From Mageeibacillus sp. UBA5747 (GTDB taxonomy: Bacteria; Bacillota; Clostridia; Saccharofermentanales; UBA5734), in contig DIFN01000029.1 of assembly GCA_002419145.1 (NCBI GenBank), positions 12,584 to 76,583 of the forward strand: DNA of 64,000 nt, written 5' to 3'. The translations under genes were made by a program, and so were the position numbers. How positions within the stretch are numbered: position 1 is the stretch's first letter; every line of letters begins with the position of its first letter. The notes below the pieces were generated by a model. It was not told where the DNA came from and searched no databases. It saw nothing but the letters and a program-made list of their open reading frames with translations. Below, piece by piece: positions 16,953 to 25,981 of the stretch.

Positions 16953-18084
16953 AGCGTTGCCTCCTCAGGACGGCGAAAGCCAGCAAACTGAAAGTCAGGC
17001 CAAAGACCAGGAGAATGGCCAGGTTCGTGAAATAGCGTGGACTGGCTCCGTCGTAGTACAGGGCCAGGAAAGCATCCGTGATCAGGTTGGCTGGATTGAG
17101 GAAAGCCAGGACTGGTACGGTTGTTGAGACGATGTATTTGATGCCATGGTACATCATGCCGGACAAGAACGACAGAATCATGGTTGAAAGAATCAAAATC
17201 CCTGTTTTGATGCCTTCATCCGTGCGGAAGATTGCCCCGATGCAAGCGCCGTAGGCGATGCCTATGAAGCAGGCGATCAGGGCTGTGAGCAAAATCCAGC
17301 CCAGCTGGCTGCCGAATCTATAGCCGAGGACGAGTTGGATGTAGGTGATCACGACCAGGATGATTGCATACTGGATGACCAGGGCAGCACTGATATCCAC
17401 CATCAGGCGCAAGAGTTTGTGGACAGGAGCGACGCTGACCCTGGCGCCCAGGGTTGAAAGGTTGGCCTGATTCTCATTAACGATCCGCATGCCCCAAAAG
17501 CCCCCGTAGAGTGCGGTCATGGCGATCAGGGAGTAGAAATAGATGACAGTGGAGTTGAGCTGATCCTTGCTGATTGGTACAGCTGAGATGTGATCACGGC
17601 GATCTTGGACCACAGGCAGCAGCGTCTCAAAAGAAATGGATGAATTCACTGCGCTGATATCGGACAAAGCTTGGCTTGTCTGGCTAAAATCATCAAGGAA
17701 GGTCCTGAGGATGGTCTGGTTCAGGCCAGACTGCTTCACTACCAAATGCAGGTCTGGTTCGGCGAAAATGATTCCGTCCACTTTGTTTTCGGAAAGCAGT
17801 TTCCTGGCTGTTTCCTCATCCGTTGGAGTCACGTGGAACAATCCGCCTTCTCCGTTTTGAACGGACACAGCCGCCCATGCCATTGGCAAAGCCTCGTTTT
17901 GCAGATAGGCTTCATCTGCAACGATCGCCACAGGTATTTTGATAAATGTGTCAATTTCTGACAGATTGGCAAAGGCCAGGTTAAACAACGTGGCCAGCAG
18001 CAGCGGGAAAATCAGGGTCCAGAAAATCATCTGACGATCCGTGAGAAAACATTTCAGGCGGTATTGCAGCAGATGGAAAATCAT
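16939..18084 (-). CDS. ABC-2 type exporter permease
   Basis: 381 aa starting at ATG 18084 behind GGGAGG. It has the same topology as its neighbour. Confidence 0.8.
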   Translation of the reverse strand: MIFHLLQYRLKCFLTDRQMIFWTLIFPLLLATLFNLAFANLSEIDTFIKIPVAIVADEAYLQNEALPMAWAAVSVQNGEGGLFHVTPTDEETARKLLSENKVDGIIFAEPDLHLVVKQSGLNQTILRTFLDDFSQTSQALSDISAVNSSISFETLLPVVQDRRDHISAVPISKDQLNSTVIYFYSLIAMTALYGGFWGMRIVNENQANLSTLGARVSVAPVHKLLRLMVDISAALVIQYAIILVVITYIQLVLGYRFGSQLGWILLTALIACFIGIAYGACIGAIFRTDEGIKTGILILSTMILSFLSGMMYHGIKYIVSTTVPVLAFLNPANLITDAFLALYYDGASPRYFTNLAILLVFGLTFSLLAFAVLRRQRYASL

Positions 18085-18103
18085 GACAGCCTCCCTGCAG
18101 GAT

Positions 18104-19036
18104 CTAGTCACGCAGCTCTTTGCCAGTGAGCTCCAGGAAGACGTCATTCAAGGTCGGCAGTTCTGTATGGACTCGGCCGAGTGTCGCACCCTCGGTCTTG
18201 AGGAAGTCGAGCAAATCGACCAAGCCATTCTGGCCGCGGGCAAAACGGACGGCCAGCCAAGTCCCGTCGTATGTGACCGAAGCAACATGGGGCCTCACTT
18301 TCAGCTGGCCCAGCAACACTTCGCCCAAGCCAGGACTTTCAACGGTGACCCTTTCACCGATGTCGATCTGGGCCTTGAGCTGTTCTTTGGTCCCGCTGGC
18401 AATCACTTTGCCCTTGTCGAGGATGTTGATCCGACTACAGATCAGCTCGACCTCTTCCATGTAATGCGAGGTGTATAGGACTGTTGCGCCGTTTCGATTC
18501 AGCTGACGAATACCTTCGAGAATATTGTTGCGGCTTTGGGGGTCGACTGCCACTGTCGGCTCGTCCATGATGATCAGGCGCGGTTTGTGGGCGATGCCAC
18601 AGGCAATGTTCAGACGTCGCAGCAGCCCGCCACTGAGTTTTTTCGGATAAAAGCGGCGAAAATCCTGCAGGCCGACAAAGTCGATTGCCTCGTCAACCAG
18701 CGCGCGCCGTTTGATGCGGTCGGAGACATAGAGGCCGCAAAAATAGTCGATATTATCCTGTACAGTCAGTTCATCAAAAACTGCCACATTCTGCATGACA
18801 ACACCTATGTTGCGCTTAAGATCATAGGCGTCAGGCGCCATCGGCTGGCCAAAAACTTCAATCGTTCCCTGGTCAAATTTCAAAAGCGCAAGAATGCAGT
18901 TGATTGCAGTGGTTTTGCCAGAGCCATTCGGCCCGAGAAGGCCGAAAATCTCGCCCTCGTGCACCTCGAGATCGAGATGGTCGAGGGCGGTCAGTGTGCC
19001 ATAGCGCTTGACGAGGTCCTTGACTGTAATGATCAT
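18104..19036 (-). CDS. ABC transporter ATP-binding protein
   Basis: 310 aa starting at ATG 19036. Walker A GPNGSGKTT, signature LSGGLLRRL, Walker B LIIMDEPT. Confidence 0.9.
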   Translation of the reverse strand: MIITVKDLVKRYGTLTALDHLDLEVHEGEIFGLLGPNGSGKTTAINCILALLKFDQGTIEVFGQPMAPDAYDLKRNIGVVMQNVAVFDELTVQDNIDYFCGLYVSDRIKRRALVDEAIDFVGLQDFRRFYPKKLSGGLLRRLNIACGIAHKPRLIIMDEPTVAVDPQSRNNILEGIRQLNRNGATVLYTSHYMEEVELICSRINILDKGKVIASGTKEQLKAQIDIGERVTVESPGLGEVLLGQLKVRPHVASVTYDGTWLAVRFARGQNGLVDLLDFLKTEGATLGRVHTELPTLNDVFLELTGKELRD

Positions 19037-19168
19037 GGCGTTCACCTTTTTAATTAAATTGCTGGCATAAAATGATACGAAGGATGACTTATTATACAAC
19101 AATCAACTGAGAGGCGCATTTGATATAATGTTGAGACAGTGTTTTGTCAGTTGGCAGAAAGGATTCTT

Positions 19169-19837
19169 ATGAGCCAGCCCGTTAAAACTTTCCTGCGCCA
19201 GGAGTGGCCTTTGTTGTTGATCGTTCTGACCCCCCTGGCCGCTGCTATTTTTATATACCCAGCCATGCCGGACGTTGTACCAACGCATTGGAATGCCCAG
19301 GGCCAGGTTGACGGCATGAGCGGCAGGGCGTTTGGCACCTTTTCCCTCCCGGTCATGAATGTCGGGCTTTATGTCTTGTTGCTGGTTTCGCCAAAACTCG
19401 ACCCCAAAAAGGAGAATTATGCCGGTTTTGCCGGCACGTATCGCCTGATCCGCTGGCTGATCCATGCGTTTATGGCAGGGACTTTTGGCGTGACGATTGC
19501 GGCTGCCCTCAGCTATGAAGTGGACGTCGGCCGGTGGATCCCTGCAACAGTCGCTGTCATGTTCATCGTCCTCGGTGCTACCATGAGCCGGGTGAAATTC
19601 AATTATTTCGTCGGTATCCGCGTACCTTGGACGCTGGCTGATGAGGAGGTCTGGAACCAGACGCATCGGGTCGCAGCCAAGTGGATGATGGCCGGCGGTG
19701 TTCTGGCCCTGGCTGGTACATTCCTGTTATCTGGTGATCTGCGGTTTATGGTTTTCATGATCTGCATCCTGGCTCCGATTCTGGGGGCTACCGTTTATTC
19801 ATATGTGATGTTCCAGCGTAAAAGGAGAAAACCTTAA
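19169..19837 (+). CDS. SdpI/YhfL-family membrane protein (DUF1648 + SdpI domain)
   Basis: 222 aa. The PTHWNAQGQVDG block is DUF1648-like. The NYFVGIRVPWTLADEEVWNQTH block is SdpI-like. Confidence 0.75.
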   Translation: MSQPVKTFLRQEWPLLLIVLTPLAAAIFIYPAMPDVVPTHWNAQGQVDGMSGRAFGTFSLPVMNVGLYVLLLVSPKLDPKKENYAGFAGTYRLIRWLIHAFMAGTFGVTIAAALSYEVDVGRWIPATVAVMFIVLGATMSRVKFNYFVGIRVPWTLADEEVWNQTHRVAAKWMMAGGVLALAGTFLLSGDLRFMVFMICILAPILGATVYSYVMFQRKRRKP

Positions 19838-20349
19838 TGGATGTTTTGCAAGCAGTGGCGACCCGACGCAGTGTCCGGCATTACGCCGACCAACCAGTTG
19901 AAGAAGCAAAATTGGTTCAGGTACTGGAGGCAGCTCGATTATCGCCGTCAGCCAGCAACCAGCAAAATTGGAAATTCATCGTCGTGCGCGATCCCGAGAC
20001 GCGTAAGCGTCTGGTCGCGGCTTGCCCCGGCCAAACCTTTGTTGGCGAGGCACCGGTGATTCTGGTCTGCTGCGGCACCGATCCGAATGCCATCATGCTC
20101 TGCGGCCAGCATCGCTGCACAGTTGATCTTTCGATTGCCACGGCTTACATGATCCTGCAGGCACATGAGCTTGGACTGGGCACGTGCTGGCTGGGCCGTT
20201 TTGATGAGGCCCAGGTCAAATCGATCCTCGGCATTCCGGATCCAGTCCGTGTCGTGGCCGTGACACCCTTAGGTTATCCGGCCGAGCAACCAGTTGCCAA
20301 GCCGCGCAAAAAACTCGCAGAGATTGTCTGTTACGACCGGTATTCCTGA
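19837..20349 (+). CDS. nitroreductase-family protein
   Basis: 170 aa. RRSVRHY...PSASNQQNWKFIVV is typical of the family. The start overlaps the SdpI stop (TAATG). Confidence 0.85.
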   Translation: MDVLQAVATRRSVRHYADQPVEEAKLVQVLEAARLSPSASNQQNWKFIVVRDPETRKRLVAACPGQTFVGEAPVILVCCGTDPNAIMLCGQHRCTVDLSIATAYMILQAHELGLGTCWLGRFDEAQVKSILGIPDPVRVVAVTPLGYPAEQPVAKPRKKLAEIVCYDRYS

Positions 20350-20422
20350 AGCAGCGGATGTAATCCAGATCCAGCTTAAGCGATTTTCTGGTGATGGAGA
20401 GTTAGAACAAACGAGGTAATCC

Positions 20423-21487
20423 ATGACACATCGCGACCCACCGACCTATGCCATGCCACCTGAGTGGGCCCCACACCAACGGACCTTTGTCTCCTGGCCG
20501 ATCCAGGACTCGATGGTCTATCCGGAAAATTTTGCTACAGTCGAGAACTGGTATCTCGAACTCGTCCTGGCGATTGCAGAATTCGAACCAGTCGCGGTGC
20601 TGGTCAATCCCGAGCAGCTGGAGCGGGTGCATGCCGTGATCGAAGAGCGCCAGGCACAAATCGGCCATCCAGTCAGGACGGAAATTGACCTGCTCTTGAT
20701 CCCGCACAACGATGCCTGGATCCGCGACAATGGTCCGACATTCCTCAAGGACTCGGCCGGACATTTGGCGGCAGTCAACTGGCGGTTCAATGCCTGGGGC
20801 GGCAAATATACGCCCTGGGATCTTGACGATGCTGTCGCACCAGCTATCCTGGCTCACTATAACGTGACCCAATTCGATGCCCCACTGGTTATGGAGGGCG
20901 GCTCCCTGCACGTTGATGGCGAAGGCACCCTGTTGACGACCGAGGAGTGTCTTCTAAACCCCAATCGCAACCCCAGCTACAGCCGCGAAGAAATCGAAGC
21001 GTCTTTGCGGTCCTATCTCGGCATCGAGACTATTATCTGGCTTAAGCACGGCCTTGCCGGCGATGAAACCGACGGTCATGTCGACAACATTGCCTGTTTT
21101 GCCGCCCCAGGCCAGATCCTGATCCAGGTCTGTGACGACCCAGCTGACGAAAATTACGCCATCACTCAGGAAAATCTGGCAATTCTCGAGGCTGCGACCG
21201 ATGCCCATGGACACAACCTCAAGATTGTGAAAATGCCGCAGCCGCCACGCGCTACGTATCGGGGCAAGCGCCTGACTCTGAGCTATCTCAATTTCTATTT
21301 CGTCAATGGCGGGATCATCCTGCCGGTCTTTGGTGGTGCTGCCGCCAAGACCGATGAGCAGGCAGCTGCCATTCTGCAGGGCCTCTTCCCAGAGCGGCAG
21401 ATTCGCCGGATCGATGGGATGCCGATCATCCCCGAGGGCGGCAATGTCCACTGCACCACACAGCAAATGCCGGAGGGCACCCTATGA
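20423..21487 (+). CDS. aguA: agmatine deiminase
   Basis: 354 aa. MPPEWAPHQRTFVSWP, WIRDNGPTF and a C-terminal GGNVHCTTQQMP with the catalytic Cys. Confidence 0.9.
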   Translation: MTHRDPPTYAMPPEWAPHQRTFVSWPIQDSMVYPENFATVENWYLELVLAIAEFEPVAVLVNPEQLERVHAVIEERQAQIGHPVRTEIDLLLIPHNDAWIRDNGPTFLKDSAGHLAAVNWRFNAWGGKYTPWDLDDAVAPAILAHYNVTQFDAPLVMEGGSLHVDGEGTLLTTEECLLNPNRNPSYSREEIEASLRSYLGIETIIWLKHGLAGDETDGHVDNIACFAAPGQILIQVCDDPADENYAITQENLAILEAATDAHGHNLKIVKMPQPPRATYRGKRLTLSYLNFYFVNGGIILPVFGGAAAKTDEQAAAILQGLFPERQIRRIDGMPIIPEGGNVHCTTQQMPEGTL

Positions 21488-22368
21488 AAAAGGTCAAAGT
21501 AGCATCCACCCAGATGAGCTGCAGCTGGTCAGTTGAGGAAAACATCGCCAAAGCTGAAAAGCTGGTCCGCCTGGCGGCGGCCGAAGGCGCCCAGATCATC
21601 CTCTTGCAGGAACTTTTTGAGACGCCCTATTTCTGCCAGAAGGAGAAGCCTGAGTATTATGACCTGGCCTTGCCAGCAGCGGAAAATCGGGCGGTCCAGC
21701 ATTTCCGGAGCGTGGCCAAAGAGCTGGCAGTTGTCCTGCCGATCAGCTTTTACGAGCGACGCAACAATGCCCGCTATAATTCGATCGCGGTGATCGATGC
21801 AGACGGTTCGGTTCTGGGCATTTACCGCAAGAGCCATATTCCGGACGGGCCAGGTTACGAAGAAAAATTTTATTTTAACCCCGGTGACACGGGTTTCAAA
21901 GTCTGGCAGACCCGATATGCGACAATTGGCATCGGGATCTGTTGGGACCAGTGGTATCCGGAAACTGCCCGTTGTCTGGCTTTGCTGGGCGCCGAGCTCC
22001 TCTTCTACCCGACTGCAATCGGTTCCGAGCCGAATGATCCGACAGTCGATTCCAAGGATCACTGGCAGATGTGCATGCGTGGTCACGCCGCGGCCAATTT
22101 GGTGCCGGTGATCGCTTCTAACCGCATTGGATCCGAAACCGACGAGGACTCGACCATTGTCTTCTATGGCTCATCGTTCATCGCCGGGCCACAAGGCCAG
22201 ATGATCGCCGCAGCCGATCGCTGCAGCGAAGGCATCCTCACGGCCGAATTCGACCGCGATGAGCTCGCCGCCCTGCGTGCCGGCTGGGGCATCTACCGCG
22301 ACCGCCGCCCCGATCTGTACCGGGCGATCTTGACCTATGACGGGGAGCAGGAAGTCCGAGCACGCTGA
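21484..22368 (+). CDS. aguB: N-carbamoylputrescine amidase (CN-hydrolase)
   Basis: 294 aa. LLQELFETPYF, YRKSHIPDGPGYEEKFYF and GIGICWDQWYPE carry the Glu-Lys-Cys triad. It overlaps aguA by 4 nt. Confidence 0.9.
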   Translation: MKKVKVASTQMSCSWSVEENIAKAEKLVRLAAAEGAQIILLQELFETPYFCQKEKPEYYDLALPAAENRAVQHFRSVAKELAVVLPISFYERRNNARYNSIAVIDADGSVLGIYRKSHIPDGPGYEEKFYFNPGDTGFKVWQTRYATIGIGICWDQWYPETARCLALLGAELLFYPTAIGSEPNDPTVDSKDHWQMCMRGHAAANLVPVIASNRIGSETDEDSTIVFYGSSFIAGPQGQMIAAADRCSEGILTAEFDRDELAALRAGWGIYRDRRPDLYRAILTYDGEQEVRAR

Positions 22369-22426
22369 TCCCTATCATCTTTTCGATTTCAACTGCCTTC
22401 TGTAATGATCAGCTCGTTTGTTTGCT

Positions 22427-23789
22427 CTACCTTTGATCAAGAACGATTTGCAGTTTTTCCAGACCCATGCCCAGGATCCAGCCGCTGACAGGCTGGAATA
22501 CCCAGCTGGCGATCAGGCAAGCGAGCGCCACTGGGATTGCTCGCCTGTTTGTTCCGAGTGCCTGGAGACCGTTTTCCACCATGGGCGGGATCATGAAGCT
22601 GCGCCAGATAGCAGCCGTCTGGGCACCACAGAGCAGCACGCCAATGATGTTGCGGATGGAAACCAGCAGGTAGGTAGGATTGAGTAAAAAGGTTGCACGT
22701 CGACCGGCAGGACCATAGTTGTTTTCCAGGATAGTCTGGATGGCCAGTGCATCGGTCGGCCACATCACAATCGCCAGGAGCACAAAGGGGATGGGCTTGA
22801 TGAAAGCGGTGATCGTGTCAGGCCAACCCAGTCCCCATTTTTTCCAGCCACCATAGTTCAGGATTCAGGATGGGCAAGCCCGGTGCCGTTTTCAGAAGAG
22901 GAGAAATCCCGAACTGCCAGGCCAGGAGTAAAGCCAGTGCTGCCAGGCCTGGAATCACTAGCCAGCGAATTTTGAACTGGTGCAGCACAACAACCAGAAC
23001 AATCCCCAGACTTAAAACGGAGATTGTAGCCAGAGAGGCTGATTGGGCTTGGCTCCAGGTCCAAAGTGAACGCAGAGAGCTGACTACCCCCATCAGACCG
23101 AACAGAAGCAAAATCCCACTTTTCGTACCAGGTCCGGTCAAGGTCATGATCCGGGAAAAGGATCCCGATACAGCCAGAGCTATTCCTGCGGCACCCAGGA
23201 GCAGGCCAAAGGCGAGGGGATGGACGCCCGCAGCTGCCATGGCAGGCACGAGCGGTATCAAGGGGGCAAGTGTGCCGGGTGGTCCGAGGCGGGGATGGAG
23301 AACGGCTGAGAAAAGGAGCGCTAGCATGCTGGCGATAAAAAGCTCCAAACGGACATTTTCTGTGATAAAGTCAGGCGAATCGATTCCCAGACTATTTTTC
23401 CAGGCAACAGCAAAGGCTGCCACCAGGGCAATTTTGCCGATAACGCCAGCCAAGGCCGGCACAAGATCCTCCGGCTGGACGGTGTAGTTCTTGCCGGGTC
23501 GGTTCAGGTGCCAGGCCCTGGCTGAGTATGTTTCCAGGTCGTGGTCGAGTCTGATGTTTCTGAGGCTTTGCGTTTGCGCAGAGGGGTGCAGATCCCCGAG
23601 CTGCGTATCATGATGACGCTGGGATTCGGGCTGGCTGATGTCGTGCTTTTCCTGGCTGACCAGATTTTTCGACAACGGGATCCTGCCGTTATGCTCACGA
23701 TGGTTATCCTCGTTTATTCCGCGCTTACCACTGGCGCCTTCGTGGAGAACGGGGGACCCCATACCGGGGTCACCTGCCATGGCAGGCAC
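22427..23789 (-). pseudogene. multi-pass membrane permease disrupted by a +1 frameshift in an A6 run (family uncertain; DUF3360-like from memory)
   Basis: ORFs 22818..23789 and 22427..22783 are two halves of one gene. Reading GGAAAAAATGGGG with one A fewer (T6 at 22838..22843 on the plus strand) gives a continuous ...LNPELWWLEKWGLGWPDTITAFIKPIPFVLLAIVMWPTD... Confidence 0.7.
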
Positions 23790-23829
23790 CGAGCATGAGG
23801 AGGATTCTGCCCTGCGCCAGGATTAGGCG

Positions 23830-24118
23830 CCGTTCGACTGGCAAAGAGAATCGCTCCAGGCTTTCTTGTTGGATGTACGGCATGGCTAAGGTCCTCAATT
23901 CTTGCACTACAAAAAGCCTCTTCGTCATCCTGGTCCAGGATCTGATATGGGCTTGCCTCACATGTCACAGCCATAACGGTTCGGAGCACCTTTCGGTCTT
24001 AGGATGCTCTCAAGAGCTGTCAGGTGCGGGTCAGCTGGAGGCCACGGCCTATGAACTCGATCTCAAACCGGCTGACTGCTTCACTGATCTTCGCTTCGGT
24101 CTTTGCCTTCATCTTCTT
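23830..24118 (-). pseudogene. MpsC/DUF2294-like gene remnant with multiple frame breaks
   Basis: The minus strand from ATG 24118 reads MKKMKAKTEAKISEAVSRFEIEFIGRG then hits a stop. Similarity continues in other frames (PADPHL..ILRPKG; VLRTV...ARIEDLSHAVHPTRKPGAILFAS). The N-terminal E..IS.A...FE.E..GRG pattern matches my memory of DUF2294. Confidence 0.35.
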
Positions 24119-24411
24119 CATTCTTTGAAAGAAAGGATCGCATGAAGGTCATTTGAGCGCAAGAACCATTTGAATCATTTTTGCATTTTAGCATTTTTAA
24201 TCTTGCATAGCAGGCAATGACGGGTAAGCTAAATTCGAAATACATAGCAATATTCTGCATATTTTCCGTCATTAATGGATATATCTGTTCTTATAGTGTC
24301 GATATGCATATTTAAAGCTGAAATCTCATGCATAATCTTAATCGCATTTATTCATTATCACGCCTTTATGTACATTTCCCTACGGATATAAATAGCCGTT
24401 TGTAATGTCTC

Positions 24412-25863
24412 TCACCCATCGACCACCATGATCTGGCTTCTGATCATACCCATCCAGCAAGAAAAGGGCACGATGCCACTCTCAACCGGGGTGAATTCAA
24501 TGACGTTGGCACCAAGTTCCAGCGGCTTCTCTATCCCGTAGGCCGGGATGTCGATTGTATTGTTGCAGCCATTCAGTGTGCCATCAGCGACATGGATGGT
24601 CCAGCGCACTGGGATACCAGCCTGGACTGTGATCGGCGGATAGCTATAACTCTTTAATTCCGACGTGACATGCTGGACTTTGTCCACCAGCTGGGCTTGG
24701 CCTGCCAATGTGGCACGGGCGTTGTCCGCGACTGGAAGCCCCACGGATCCGGCCAGTGCCGACGTAGAAACGCCGGACAGCCCCAGTCCGTTTTGGAACA
24801 TGAGTACGCCCAGGATGATGATCAGCATGGCACTGGCTTGCATCATTTTTTGCGTAAAACGGCGACTCAGAAGGGACCCGAGGGCGCCAAGCCCAAACAT
24901 CAGCGGGACTGTGCCGAGTGAAAACAACAGCATCGACAAAGCGCCTTTCAGTGGGTTGCCTGTAGACAAGGCATAGATCTGCATAGCCTGGAGCGGTCCA
25001 CACGGCATCAGGCCGTTTAGAAATCCAACGGTAAAGGGGCCTTTGTTGCCGCGCTGCCTTTCCCGATAAATCAGGCCAGCCACTGCCCGGGGCATACGAG
25101 GATTGAATTTTCTGAGTGCCGGAAAAATCTGCAGCATAGAAAGACCCATAATGACCATAAAAACGCCGGCAACAAGGGCGATCAAGCCTTTGGCTCGGCC
25201 TGGCAGGATCAGCACGGAACCCAATGCGCCCACCAGGCCACCAATCACGGTGTATGACACAACGCGGCCGGCATTGTAGAGGAAGCTCGGCATCACAGTC
25301 TGCCAGCGCGTGTCGCCGGATCCGGGTGCGCCAGGACTAGTGTCCGGAACAGCGTGGGGCAGACACTGGGATAGATTGATTCCGCCACACATGGCTACGC
25401 AGTGAAACGAAGTCAATAGACCACTGATAAACAGGAGACCATAGCCCATGCTAGCCTCTGCCTGGGGAAATGCGTTGAACCAGCTGGCCATGCCAAGACG
25501 GCGCAGAACAAGGAACAAGCCGGTCAGGACGATCGCCATTCCCAGCAGATGACTTCTCTGGCTGTGGTCAGAAGCGGCTTGCGGCCTGAGAGATGGTTGC
25601 TTTTGGAACATCTGGGCTTTAGCCCCGGTTGCAGACAGAGCACCCTTTACGACTGGGTAATCGATCCGCGCCAGTTCGGTTTCGATCTGGCGGGGTGAGG
25701 ATACCGCTGGGTCGTAGCGGACCGTAACCTGTGCTGTTGTGTAAGAAGCCTTGACCGCATGGACCCCAGGCAGGTGGCTGAGATGGCTTTCGATGTGGTG
25801 TTCACAGGCCGTGCACGTCATGCCCTGGACGCGCAAGATACTGGTTTGAGAAGGTGCAGCCAT
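24412..25863 (-). CDS. HMA-domain / DsbD_2 (TauE/UreH-like) membrane domain / C-terminal cupredoxin-like domain protein
   Basis: 483 aa. N-terminal LRVQGMTCTACEHHIE is an HMA domain with GMTCxxC. The membrane core carries FHCVAMCGG and LMPCGPLQ motifs. The C-terminal ~100-aa beta domain reads ITVQAGIPVRWTIH...CNNTIDIP...PFSCWMGM. Confidence 0.8.
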   Translation of the reverse strand: MAAPSQTSILRVQGMTCTACEHHIESHLSHLPGVHAVKASYTTAQVTVRYDPAVSSPRQIETELARIDYPVVKGALSATGAKAQMFQKQPSLRPQAASDHSQRSHLLGMAIVLTGLFLVLRRLGMASWFNAFPQAEASMGYGLLFISGLLTSFHCVAMCGGINLSQCLPHAVPDTSPGAPGSGDTRWQTVMPSFLYNAGRVVSYTVIGGLVGALGSVLILPGRAKGLIALVAGVFMVIMGLSMLQIFPALRKFNPRMPRAVAGLIYRERQRGNKGPFTVGFLNGLMPCGPLQAMQIYALSTGNPLKGALSMLLFSLGTVPLMFGLGALGSLLSRRFTQKMMQASAMLIIILGVLMFQNGLGLSGVSTSALAGSVGLPVADNARATLAGQAQLVDKVQHVTSELKSYSYPPITVQAGIPVRWTIHVADGTLNGCNNTIDIPAYGIEKPLELGANVIEFTPVESGIVPFSCWMGMIRSQIMVVDG

Positions 25864-25981
25864 GGTTTTTTATCCTCTCTGATTTCTTATGCTCAGGTGC
25901 TTTTTTGAGTATAGGGGCTGCATTTGGAGATAGTGTGAAATTTGACGGGCTGAATAAAAAAGCGGGCAGCGGTTCTCCTAC

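Noticed and set aside
24412-25863. HMA-domain protein considered as a CopA-type P-type ATPase.
   Set aside because: No DKTGT phosphorylation motif, no nucleotide-binding domain and no CPC transmembrane motif. The membrane part carries DsbD_2/TauE-like HC..MCG and PCG motifs instead.
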